DNA of 64,000 nucleotides from Macrostomum lignano. Taxonomy: Eukaryota. This document shows positions 42,890 through 54,305 of this stretch, piece by piece (the first letter of the stretch is position 1; each line of letters begins with the position of its first letter). The translations under genes and the position numbers were made by a program. The notes beneath the pieces were generated by a model, which searched no databases, was not told where the DNA came from, and worked only from the letters and a program-made list of their open reading frames with translations. The stretch is from positions 310,001 through 374,000 of the forward strand of contig NIVC01000544.1 in assembly GCA_002269645.1 (NCBI GenBank). The letters are read 5' to 3'.

Positions 42890-43285
42890 CAGCAAATCCC
42901 CCATAAGGCTACAGCTCAGTAAATTCAGCGATTTCCCCATGAGCCTTAAAATCTTACTGATCGGAAATTTCACACAAGAGCCACATTTCACATATGAGCC
43001 TTGATTTTTATCTCAGCAATTTTCAAAATAAACCTTGACTCTCAGAAAATTTTCTTAATTATGAGCCTCAGCATTTCAGCAATTGCTGGGAGTATAGATG
43101 GGGATCCCCACGTTCAATGTACATTCCTGCGGGTAGAGGGGGATCCCCACGCTAAATGTATATTGCTGGAGTAAGGGGAAACCCCCACGCTCAATGTACA
43201 TTTCTGGGGAAGAGGGGTATCCCCACGCTCAATGTACATTCCTGGGGGTAGAGGGGGATCCCCCGCTCATTGTACATGCATGTAC
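42890..43285. repeat. Two degenerate tandem repeats (ctcagcaatt..gagccttga type; ~42-bp gggatccccacgctcaatgtacatt type)
   Basis: Several diverged units each; the first type recurs at ~47855-48010. Confidence 0.65.
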
Positions 43286-43455
43286 GTTAGTTTGGGGGCA
43301 AGAAGAAGATATTCTAGGCTCAATTTTCATGCCCTATTACAATGCGCATGCATGATTGTATTTTTGCATTTTTATTTGAAAAAAGACACGTGCAATTAGG
43401 AATTAATTAACTAAAAAGCGAAAATAATTAAAGATAACATGCAGACGTAGTCTGC

Positions 43456-43986
43456 TCACCCGCTCAAATAGTCCACCGTTTTTCGTCGCCTCATCCGGCG
43501 GGCCCAATCGATTGCGCAGCAGCCGAACGAATCGCGTCGGCTCCAATCAGCGACGCCTAAGCAGATTAATTGTCGTACAACAACGTCGCCTTGGTTGCCG
43601 TTATTCTCGAGGCTGCTGTTTTCGTTGTCGTCGTTGTTGTCAAGCATGGCGGCTCGCATCAGCGGAGTGAGTCCGACAAGTTTCGTGGCAGCGTTAACTG
43701 GAGCTCCAGCCTCTATTAGTATCCGAGCTCCGGCCTCGGTGGCAACTCGGTGAAGGCTGGTCTCGCCCATCAGATCGGCGCAGCTGACATCGGCGTCAAC
43801 TGAACGTACAAGGAATTCAACTAGCGGTGCAGAGCCGTCTGGGCCTAGTCGAGAGGCTGCCAGCATCAGAGCTGTCTGTCCGTAGGCGTCCGGTAGGTCG
43901 CAGTTGACTCTGGTAGCGACTTGTTGGAGACCAGCAAGGTCGTTTGATCGGACCAGATTGGCCAACTGCTGCTGGGTGGCTGTTTC
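43456..43986 (-). CDS. Ankyrin-repeat protein, terminal exon (5' part not resolved)
   Basis: Acceptor ctctccag| at 43987; ankyrin motifs DAYGQTALMLAA, DLMGETSLHRVA, GLTPLMRAA, DSFGCCAIDWA; stop at 43456. Confidence 0.72.
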   Translation of the reverse strand, partial: ETATQQQLANLVRSNDLAGLQQVATRVNCDLPDAYGQTALMLAASRLGPDGSAPLVEFLVRSVDADVSCADLMGETSLHRVATEAGARILIEAGAPVNAATKLVGLTPLMRAAMLDNNDDNENSSLENNGNQGDVVVRQLICLGVADWSRRDSFGCCAIDWARRMRRRKTVDYLSG

Positions 43987-44855
43987 CTGGAGAGGCCAGA
44001 TGAAATGTCAAGGGCCACCGCGAGGAATTTTCTCAGATTTTCAACCAATTAGCTCCCGAGCGCATTTCTGAGGTCTACAGAAGCTCCGAGGTTGGACCTC
44101 CTACATTGTCAAAGTCATCTAGGGATAAAATGATATAAATATAGGCAAAATGGTTGCGGAAACACTGGCGAAACGCCTTCGTTGACATCCTCCCAACAAC
44201 TAGCGCTGAGAGATGGGCCGTAGCAGCGCGGCGCACTGATGTGCCAGCGGCCCAGGCTCGATTCCAAGTGCAGTCGCATTTATTTGAGGCTAAATTGGAA
44301 TCTCGGCTTGGCTCTGCTCGTGCAATTAACGCCCAGCTTGAGGGCCTACCCCCCCCCCCCCAAGGCACAGTGAAGTGTACATGCCTAACGATATATAACG
44401 TTAGGGCCGCTGTACACTCCTGTGTGAGTGTGTGTCTTTGCGTAAGACTGCGTACGTATCCGCGCGCTTGTGTGCCTGCTCAGGGGAGTCGGCGGAATGG
44501 GCAGCAATGCCTCTCACCGGTTGTGTGACAATGTCGCAATTAAAGTCGCGCAGAGAATCGAACCAGCTTGGGGGTCGTGAGGCGAGAGTTAGACGGATTT
44601 TTTACCGCTGAGCTGCTGTGCCCAAAAACTGGCATGTCATCACCAAAAAACATCATTTAATATTTAAATTGTTTTGTTAAATAATATCCACACGTACCAA
44701 CTCACCTCAGCAGTGAGGCCCACAATTTGACCGAAAATCCAGAAGCCCGAAATAGAGAGTCGCATTTCTCTGAGGAAGAAAAACAAAAACATTGAAATCA
44801 TCAGTCAAGTTGTTGTGGTGGTCAAGTATTCCTGGATACTGTGTGTCCTCTTGAT

Positions 44856-45006
44856 GCAGTTCACCCATGCATCTGTAAAATGGGCGCCAGCATTAGCTGG
44901 GGTAATTGAGGGTGTGTGTGACGACCCCCCAGTCCTTGGACTGAACAGCCGTACGCAGCCTTCAGATGCGCCGCGCAATAGCTGCGGCTGAGCTGTCGGT
45001 TGCACA
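44856..45006 (+). mobile_element. 5'-truncated copy of the SINE at 58542
   Basis: High identity to ~58660-58806 (cagttcaccc..ctgtaaaatggg..cattagctggggtaattgaggg..gagctgtcggttgcac). Confidence 0.85.
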
Positions 45007-45128
45007 TCTGGCCCAATTGGGGCACATGTAATCAACTACATGTACATTTACTTAAAACAATAGATCATTCTCAAAAAATGGAATGGTACATAAAAGACGA
45101 AAGGTGTTTACTTGCCTAAGCCCCTGAC

Positions 45129-45529
45129 CACAGATGTTAGAATAACCAGATGGGCCACTCAGCACATTTGCATGTAAGCTACTTTCAGTTCAGTAGTGAG
45201 TTAAACAAAATAATTTTAATGTATATATGTAATACCCCCGCCCCAACCCAATTTTTATTGCCATTCTTGGAATTCCAGCCTAAAGCTACTTCCATGTACA
45301 TTTCAGTGGACTGGCAAATGTACATTATTGCTGAACCAATTAGCAAGTTGTTTACGCCTGCAAGCTTGGGCTTCTAAACTTATCAAAGTCATTTCAGCGC
45401 CGTGTACTCTTATAAAAATAGCTTATGTATTCTTCTTTGCTACTTAACTGAAAGTAGAAAGCTGTTTTACTAATTACGAGCTATATATGCCTGAGTGGCC
45501 CATCTATAGTTATTCTACTAGTATCTGTG
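45129..45529. mobile_element. MITE, P-element-like (CACAG termini, 8-bp TSD CCCCTGAC)
   Basis: TSD at 45121-45128 and 45530-45537; imperfect TIR cacaga..agaataac..agatgggccactcag; homologous to 50002-50476 in the opposite orientation. Confidence 0.85.
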
Positions 45530-45606
45530 CCCCTGACCAATTGACACTAACCATTGTCAACTTTGCTTAACTTGCCGCCACGTATACATAGAGTAGCCAC
45601 AGCCGC

Positions 45607-46140
45607 TCACATCTGAATAATCGCAGCCAAATCCTCGTGTCCGCAGCATCTGGCCAAGTCCAGCGCTGTCTGGCCTCGCCGGTTGCGCGCCTCCAGCAGC
45701 AGTTGCCTGCGAATGCTGCGCTTTGAACCGCTGCGCAACAGGTGCAACAGGTGTTTAGCGCAATCAATTTGGCCACATTCAGCCGCTTCCATCAGCGGAG
45801 TCGAATCGTCTGTTTGATTTCTAAGAAATTTGACTCGAAACGGCAGCAGCGTCAGCAGCCGCAGGCGACCCCGCCGAGCCGCCAGGTGAGCTGCCGTGTT
45901 GCCGTCAGCGTCTGTCGTGTTGCCGTCAGCGTCTGTCGTGTCTGACTGAGCGCCCAGGTGTAAAAAGTACTCGATACACTTTGCTGATTGAGGCCGACTG
46001 GGGACTGTTGAATTGGCAATCAGCATGAGCACTGAACGGCCCTGTTCATCCACCTGCCGGACCAGAGGCTTTGTGACCAGCTCTCGCACCTGGCTGAAAT
46101 TGCCTTGAATGGCTAGCTCGGCTAATTGGACTATTGACGC
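45607..46140 (-). CDS. Ankyrin-repeat protein exon (5' part not resolved)
   Basis: Acceptor ttttcag| at 46141; motifs DEQGRSVLMLIA, DADGNTAAHLAA (with an in-frame 21-bp TDADGNT duplication), DSTPLMEAA, RRGQTALDLA. Confidence 0.75.
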   Translation of the reverse strand, partial: ASIVQLAELAIQGNFSQVRELVTKPLVRQVDEQGRSVLMLIANSTVPSRPQSAKCIEYFLHLGAQSDTTDADGNTTDADGNTAAHLAARRGRLRLLTLLPFRVKFLRNQTDDSTPLMEAAECGQIDCAKHLLHLLRSGSKRSIRRQLLLEARNRRGQTALDLARCCGHEDLAAIIQM

Positions 46141-46335
46141 CTGAAAAGTATTAATTATAATAATGATATTTTTAATTAAAACTAATACACGTAAATAAAC
46201 TATATGCGTATGGTCCTCTCTGCGCCATTCTTTACTCAGCCATGCCTTCCAGCTGTGGCCCAAATTTCTTGCTGTTGTCTAGATGGCTTTTCTATGGTTT
46301 GTCTGTGGAAATTATCTCTGCAACGCTGCGACGTC

Positions 46336-47442
46336 CACAGATTCTACGAGTATATTGCCTAGATGGTCTGGCCCAGGGAAGCCTCTATGGTCCCTGCGCT
46401 CCCCAGGAAGGGACAGTAGTTTAGGCAGCATACAAGTTTAGGGGTAAAAACCCAATTGGAAAGCAGTGAATGAATAGGAAAATGCAACGTTTTTTAATTT
46501 CTATGATTGATAACTTTTTAACTAAAAGTCATAGAAAGATGCGGTTTGCACTATTCAACGCAAAACATTCAGAACTTTAGGTCTGCAAGGTTAAGTTGCA
46601 TTATTCAAAAAACTTCCGTTTTGTTAGTGCGAGAAAAATACTTTACAACCCTTCAGGCCATGCAAACATATGAAATAAAAAATGAAATGGTTACCCTTGG
46701 GTGATAATTAAGCAAAAGAGAGTGAAATTAGCAGAAAATTTCTGGGGCAAGCTGTATACAAATAGCACTCTGTATGACTATAAAACAAAAGCAAAAGTAT
46801 ACTACGGGTATACATCAGAGCTATAGCTCATTTCTCAGATAGTTTTGACTTCAAAATGTTTGTGCCTCATCCTCGCAGCGACGCATGGATGACACTTCCT
46901 CGCCGAGTCTGAGCAGATGTCATTGTGGTAGGTCGCTTCTCAGGAACAGTTTCGATGAAGTAGGATGGCGCGTTTGGAAAGATGCTGGGTACGGCATCAG
47001 AAGTCAACCAACCGTCGATTTTTCAGCTTCTTTGCTTGTCCATCTGCATCTGCAAATGCGGAGCGCTTACGGCTGGAGTTGGAGTACTGAGAGTTTGTTA
47101 CAAAGAACCTTTCCGAAAAATGCAGCGAGCAGATCCGGTAGTTGTGCTTTGGATCGCAGCGCAACAACTTCTCCAACTCTGCCGCTGTCCACTTTCGGGG
47201 AATTGCAGAGATCCATTTTCCAGAAGCTCCGGCTGTGTATATATTATTTTTCCAGTTAGCAAGCTATGAAATACGAGAGGTGTAAGTTCGCGTACAAACT
47301 GCTCTAGCGAGAAATCGATAAGCAGCAGCATCATTTCACATTATATGCCATGCCCATTCCCCTAAACTTGTATAGCGGAGTGGGGTGGGGCGGGTGAGTG
47401 TCCCTTCCTGGGGAGCGCAGCGAACATAGAGGCTTCCCTGTC
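46336..47442 (-). pseudogene. Degenerate THAP-domain transposon relic (P/THAP9-like)
   Basis: Frameshifted minus-strand segments VFHSL..PELL(E)KWISAIPRKW, RICSLHFSERFF (~47117-47134) and LTSDAVPSIFPNAPSY. Flanked by a ~42-bp inverted repeat (cagggaagcctctatg..ccccaggaagggaca at ~46374-46415 and ~47399-47440). The left end starts CACAGAT like the neighbouring MITEs; the right terminus was not found. Confidence 0.68.
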
Positions 47443-47854
47443 TGGCCACTCCAGCCGCGAAAACCCCGTGGTTAAGACCATAGACTATAGCTTCTGCAGC
47501 TCTCACATGGATGAAGGAATAGAAAGGATCGCTTCATCCTTCATCCATGAGCTCTTAAGCATTAGCACTCGAATGAGAAGCACTTGAGAAGCATTAGATT
47601 CTTACTAAACATTGTGACTATGCTGCAGTAACAGAAGAAGCTTAGTGTCTATGGCCCTAACCCCGGGTTTTCGGGCACCGGAAGGAGACGGCCGCTAAAT
47701 ATACTCTAGCGACAACTCACCTAGGTATCAACTTTAATGAAGAAACTATCAAATACGAGTTGGTGGTTTGTAGGATGCAAAAGGCAAACGAGTAGATCAT
47801 TTGGCCATAGACATCAGCACAAGGTATGAATAAACATATGCAGCTTCTGACCTC

Positions 47855-48010
47855 TCCGCCTTGATATCTTAGCAATTCCCCCAATAAGCCTTGACACCTC
47901 AGCGATTCCCCCCAAGCCTTGACATCTCAGCAATTCCCCCAGTATGCCTTGATATCATAGCAATTCCCCCCTAGTCTTGACATCTCAGCTAGCAACTCCC
48001 CGAGAGCAAG
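47855..48010. repeat. Degenerate ~30-bp tandem repeat (gccttgacatctcagcaattcccc)
   Basis: About 5 units; related to 42890-43085. Confidence 0.7.
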
Positions 48011-48729
48011 CGACCCCAGATAGCTAATTTAGGTGAGGTGAGGTAACTCCCAACTTGTTAGGCCTTCAAAACAGACATCGAAAGTTGAAAGTCCAACTAT
48101 AGAACAAAGAAGACAAGTTAGTCCAGAGACAACACAAAAATTTCTGACCGAGAAGAACTCCCAACAGCATACAAACGTGCAAAATATGGTCACCAGAGTT
48201 TTTGTTAAAGAATGAGAGAGAGCCATTTGCGTGTTGTCTATGGCCCAACTTAGGGAATCTCTATTTTAATTGGTAGGCTTGAAACAATGGATTCCAAATA
48301 TAGATAGATAGAATAGAATAGATGAAGAATGCTTACTGAATTGCGGAGAACAGTATAGCCCAAGCAGCAAACCACATACTGCAGACTCTTCTTTCACATC
48401 TCTCTCTATCCCTATGTCAACAGCAGAAATCGTACAATACGCACAACACTCTCGTAGATGATGTGTCTTTCAGGGTGTACAGAAATTGAGAAGAGAGAGA
48501 AGAGAGAGAAGAGAGAGGTCGACGGACTTAGAGGCGAACTGCTCAGCCCCAACTGTTGCTAACCAAAACCAACCCCATGCGCTGTACAGTTTTAATTTTC
48601 TCTCCCCCTCTTCTGTCCACACTGCTCCTATATTTCCATTATAAAGCAGCTTCTAAAAGAGATTTTTAGTTTCACGTTTGGCTTTTGGATAAAAATTCAA
48701 AAAACAGAAATTCAGAGCAACACACAAAA

Positions 48730-49134
48730 ATGACGGGACAAAAACACCTGATGACCAATGTGAACCTGCTATATGACAGTCTGTTATCAACTGGTCACGT
48801 TAACAGTTGCGCTCTGCTGTCCAGAGCGGACGGATCGGTCCTAGCTAGCTCTGTAGGCTACAGCCCGTCTCCTGAACAGCTACAGGTCGTCCTCGATGCG
48901 TTTGCCAGTCCGGCAGAGGCGCGAAAAAGTGGCGCTAAATTTGAAGGTCGCGACTACAAAGTGATGCGCGCGGACAAGAACTCTGTGTACGCTCGGACAG
49001 GTAAGAAAGGCCTAGTAGCTGTACGGACGCATGGTCACGTGATTCTGGCCACGTACGGCGACGCTCACTGTCCGGCTGTGTGCATCGAGGCGTGCGAAAA
49101 ATTAGGCGAATATTTGCGACTAAAAGACAAATAG
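48730..49134 (+). CDS. PFN4: Profilin-4-like protein (intronless)
   Basis: LLYDSLLSTGHVNSCALL, FEGRDYKVMRADKNSVYA, ILATY..PAVCIEACEKLGEYLR matches the PFN4-type profilin pattern. First ATG at 48730 (alternative 48751); the ORF track starts at a non-ATG codon. Confidence 0.85.
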   Translation: MTGQKHLMTNVNLLYDSLLSTGHVNSCALLSRADGSVLASSVGYSPSPEQLQVVLDAFASPAEARKSGAKFEGRDYKVMRADKNSVYARTGKKGLVAVRTHGHVILATYGDAHCPAVCIEACEKLGEYLRLKDK

Positions 49135-50001
49135 AGGAGATCTACAGCTGTATACTTAAGCCCGAGTTACCTGACTTTGTGACTCGTGAAATATATATAT
49201 ATATATTTGTTCGCTCTTATATATCGCGACCGATTGTTTTCATACACTTTTCAGAGAATAGCCTTTTGATTTTTTAAACGGTAATAAGGACCATTTTTGT
49301 GGCAAGGACCTTTCGGTAGATAGTAGGCGGATGGCCGTTAGATGGGTAGATTCGGTGAATTAGGAAGATTATGGACAACTTTAAAAGATATTCATTATTA
49401 TGGAAAATTAAGGAGCATTAGCTAAATATGCCAAAAAGCATGCAGATTGACTGATTGTATATTACTATATTTTTAAATTCAATACGCCTAGCGTAAATCT
49501 ATGCTGTAATTTCAAAAATACTACGACTAATCACCATCATTGTTATTGGTATATAAACTTATGACGGTACACTCTTATACACATAACCTATGCCTGTCAT
49601 CCTATCACATATCACACTTTGCAAAAAGTTAAACAGATTTTTTTAGTTTGTTATTATAAAACAAACAGAAATAAATAACTTTTGACTCCGTTGTAGGCTA
49701 TTCTATTTAATAAGTGGAGAGTAAGGTGCTAGCTATATTTCAAAGTTCAACTTCAGTTAAAGGTTTTATTTTATGAGTTACGGCATTAAAACTATCAAAA
49801 AATGAAATAGTTATAAATAAAAATCAAGATAAACACTTAGTAAGAATCGAAAGTGATCGATAACGCATTGTAGCATAGGTGTTTGTAGTGACGCAATTTC
49901 AATTCAGTGTCTTAAATTGAAGATAAAATTTAGAAAAAAGGTGCCACATGATCGTCGAAAGTTTTTCTATTGAATGGGGCACATTTCATCTCTGCACTGA
50001 C

Positions 50002-50476
50002 CACAGGTACTAAAATAACTAGATGGGCCACTCAGACATCCACCTATACTAATTTATACTTAGTAAAACAGCTTTCTACTTTCAGTTCAGTAGCAAAGAA
50101 GAATACGTCAACAAGCTATTTTATAAAAATAAAGGCAGCTGAAATGACTTTGATAAGTTATCTTGGAAGCCCAGGCTTGCAGGCGTAAACAGCTTGCTAA
50201 CTGGTTCAGCAATAATGTACATTAGCCAGTCCACTGAAATGTACATGGCCGCTTTGGCTGAATCGAATTCCGAGAAAGGCAATAAAATTTGGGGGCGCGG
50301 CCGGGGGAGTGTGGAAATGCGCGGTTGGAGGGCTTAAGCTGTGGGGTAAGAGCCAATAAATGAGCCTTGGCTTTAAAATACTTTAAAATGCTTCTGTTTA
50401 ACTTACTACTGAACTGAAAGTAGCTTATACGCAAATGTGCCGAGTGGCCCATCTAGTAGTTATTCTAGTTTCTGTG
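50002..50476. mobile_element. MITE, P-element-like (CACAG termini, 8-bp TSD GCACTGAC)
   Basis: TSD at 49994-50001 and 50477-50484; same family as 45129-45529. Confidence 0.85.
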
Positions 50477-50526
50477 GCACTGACAGTCGAAAGTGTAAAT
50501 TAACATAATCCAAACAGTTCGCGGTA

Positions 50527-53500
50527 TCAAAACACGCTATCATCAGTGCCCGTCTCGTCCAGAAACTGTTTCCAAACAACTGGAAACTGATTAAACACCA
50601 AATCCTTGAACTGATCTCTCTGTGTAGACAAACGACGAACGCAGAACTTCAACAAATCAGCTCCAATCTGCTGCCAACGCTGAGTAATCTCGCTGCTCAG
50701 GCCGAGCCAATTCTGTATCTCGCGGATTCTTTTATGAATATTTTTCTGATGCATATTGGCATCGAATTGGCCGGGTCGTTTAGCGCCGAACGAGGCGGCG
50801 GATTTGATTTTTTCGCGCAGTGCTCGAATCAGAATGTACCAAGCGGTTTTCTTTTTTAACAAGCCGATCACTTCGTTTGATGCGTCGATAAAGTACAGCA
50901 CTTCGCCTTCGTAGCCGTGGCCGCGGCGGATCTGCCGGTGGTGCAAGTTTTCTTAGATTTTTTTTAGAATAGATTAGCAACGCTGGTGGTTAAATTCTTT
51001 CATGGCTTATATTTGAAAGGGCGATTCTTTTACAGGTAATTTTTAGGGGTGATTCTTTTTTTGCCGATCATTGTTTACTCAGCAACAGTCAAAAGTTCCA
51101 CCCACCAAGCGAGATAAAAATTTTCTCACTTATTGCGACAAATTCTCACTCACAATTCAACCCTCAAGTTACGCAACTAAGCCAGCCACGGCGAGGAAGG
51201 GAAAGTTGACTGTATCAATAACTTGTAATAAATGTCAGTCGCACAAGATCATAAAAATTTTTAATGCAATATTCAGTTAGAATCGCGATGCTTAATAACG
51301 CGTGTGGGATCCCCTCGCACGCAGAAATGCGCGATTCTGCGGGGCATCCCCAGGATGAGGCGGCGCAGAAAGTCCTGGAGAAGCTGCTGCCAAGCGTTTT
51401 CAATGGCAGGACGCAGCTCCGCAACATTCCGGATTCTATTTTCGAATGCTGCGTGGGATGCTCGATGGGATTCATGTCTGGGGACCGGGAAGGCCAGCGC
51501 AGAGTGCGCAGCTGTAGCTGTTCTTTCAGTTGACTGACAGCATCGGCTCGGTGTGGCGGCGCGTTGTCCTCCTGGACCATTAAGCAGACCCAAGCCACCC
51601 CCAAGTGGCAATAAGATTTGTTCGTGCCGTAAGTTGCGTCACCCGCAATAAGTGAAAAAATCATCTCACTTAGTGGGGTGGAACTTTTGACTGTTGCTGA
51701 GTATAGGGATAATTAATCTATAGAAGATTCTTCCTCTAGCTATTTCTTTCGGGGGGGGGGGCGATTTTTCCCATAGGCGATTTTTTCTAGTGGCGATTTT
51801 TCGTGTAAGCTATTTTCTTAAGAAATAAGCAGCAACTTTCTTAAGGGCGCAAATTTTCCTAGGGGTGATTTTCCTAGAGGCGATTTTCCCAGGGGCGATT
51901 TTTTTAGGGGCGATTTTCCTAGGGGCGATTTTTCTAAGGCGATTTTCCTAGGGGCGATTTTCCTAGGGGCGATTTTCCTAGGGGCGATTTTCCTAGGGGC
52001 GATTTTCCTAGAGGCGATTTTCCTAGGGTCGATTTTCCTTGGGGCGATTTTCCAAGGGGCGATTTTCCTAAGGGCGATTTTCCTAGAGGCGATTTTCCTA
52101 GGGGCGATTTTCCTAGGGGCGATTTTCCTAGGAGCTATATTTCCTAAGCGCGATTGTTTCTAAGATATACTTTTCCTAGGGGCGATTTTCCTAGCGGAGA
52201 TTTTTTTAGGGGCGATTAATTCTAGGGGCGATTTTTCCAAGTTAGTGATGATGATTAACTTTTCACTTTAAAGCATCGATAGTTAAACAGACAATAAAAA
52301 CATTTAAAAACAATTTATGCTATCTACCAGTTCGCAGACGGATTCAAATTCCGAAGGCTCGCAGACTTCATAGCTAGTCGGTTCCAATCCGAAACTGTCT
52401 CTGGCCAAATCTATGGCCGAATCTGGCGGCATGTAAGACATGCTGCCGCTGTCTATGTCGTGACTTGTGAACGTTATGAACTTCGGAATTGGCCTGAAAT
52501 AAAGTGCAGGTCAAATGAAGAGGTCTATCTTAATGCATATTGAGGTCTATCTTGGTGTCATTGAGGTCTATCTTGGTGTCATTGAGGTCTATCTTGGTGT
52601 CATTGAGGTCTATCTTGGTGTCATTGAGGTCTATCTTGGTGTCATTGAGGTCTATCTTGGTGTCATTGAGGTCTATCTTGGTGTCATTGAGGTCTATCTT
52701 GGTGTCATTGAGGTCTATCTTGGTGTCATTGAGGTCTATCTTGGTGTCATTGAGGTCTATCTTAGTGTCATTGAGGTCTCTCTTGGTGTTTATTGACGTC
52801 TTTCTTGGTGTTTATTGAGGTCTATCTTGGTGTTTATTGAAGTCTATCTTGGTGTTTATTGAGGTCTATCTTGGTGTTTATTGAGGTCTATCTTGGTGTT
52901 GATTGAGGTCTATCTTGGTGTTTAGTGAGGTCTATCTTGGTGTTTAATGAGGTCTATCTTGGTGTTGATTGAGGTCTATCTTGGTGTTGATTGAGGTCTA
53001 TCTTGGTGTTTAGTGAGGTCTATCTTGGTGTTTAATGAGGTCTATTTTGGTGTTGATTGAGGTCTATCTTGGTGTTGATTGAGGTCTATCTTGGTGTTGA
53101 TTGAGGTCTATCTTGGTGTTTAATGAGGTCTATCTTGGTGTTTAGTGAGGTCTATCTTGGTGTTTATTAAGGTCTATCTTGGTGTTTAATGAGGTCTATC
53201 TTGGTGTTGATTGACGTCTATCTTGGTGTCATTGGAGTTTACGAGCATGGTCTAATTAAGAAACAACCTTGATGAAATGCAAACTTACACTTTATTAGTG
53301 AGCAGTTCAATGTGCTGATGATCACTGTACAATATCTCAAATACAGCTGTGACAAACTGTTCCCTCAAATAGTCGACAAATGCCTTGCGGTTGTCGGCTG
53401 GCAGCTGGTCAAAGTAACACAGAAAATCTGCACAAAATTTGCGAGCCACTCGGCACCTGTCGTGGGTGAAATGCTGCAGATCCTCTGGTTGGAAGGAGGA

Positions 53501-54262
53501 ATCAAACAATCATATAATTAATAACACATCTAATTGCAACCATAGCAACCATTTTGCGTCCATAGTAACCAATTTCGCGTCCATAGTAACCATTGTTGCA
53601 TCCATATTAACCATTTCTGTCTTCATAGTAACCATTTTGCGCCTACAGCACAACCATTTTGTCGGCCGTAGTAAACATTTTTGCGGCCATAGTAACCATT
53701 TTTGCGCCTATAGCAACCATTTATTCGGCCGTAGTAACTAATTTTACGTCCATAGTAACCGTTTTTGCGTCCACAGTAACTAACTTTGTGCCCATAGCAA
53801 CCATTTTACACCCACAGTAACGGTTCTACAGACCATTTCCATAACATCCTGTTTACGAACCCTAGTAACCATTTTTGCGATGGTAGTAATCGTTTGTGGA
53901 AGTTTTGCGACCCTAGTAATCATTTGGTGCCTTTAGTAACCATCTTTGTGTCCCTAGTAATAGCCTAGTAACCAATTTTGAGACCCTAGTAACTAATACA
54001 ATTATATACTTACCGAACTGCCTAAACAAAATATGAGTGTTTTTTGATCCGCCTAAAAAGTAGTCCACACCGCCCAGTCGAATGACGGCCACGTGCAGCG
54101 CCTCGCCGTTGGCTTTGCGAGTTCGAACTAGCCGGGTTGCCGAGGCGATTGGCTTGGAAAAGTACTGGTGCCACACCTGCGGGTGGAAATTTTACAAGCA
54201 TGCTGATACATATGAAGTTACGACCTTTAATCTCCTGACTAAATTAACTAACTAACTAACTT

Positions 54263-54305
<43 letters not shown>

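Noticed and set aside
47455-47675. Imperfect inverted repeat (gaaaacccc..catagac) as a separate MITE
   Set aside because: The flanks do not form a TSD and the boundaries are ambiguous.
48550-48575. RFX X-box-like gttgctaac upstream of PFN4, and a ciliary co-regulation link with kintoun
   Set aside because: Only a half-site match; similar half-sites occur in unrelated repeats, and the genes are ~17 kb apart with unrelated genes between them.
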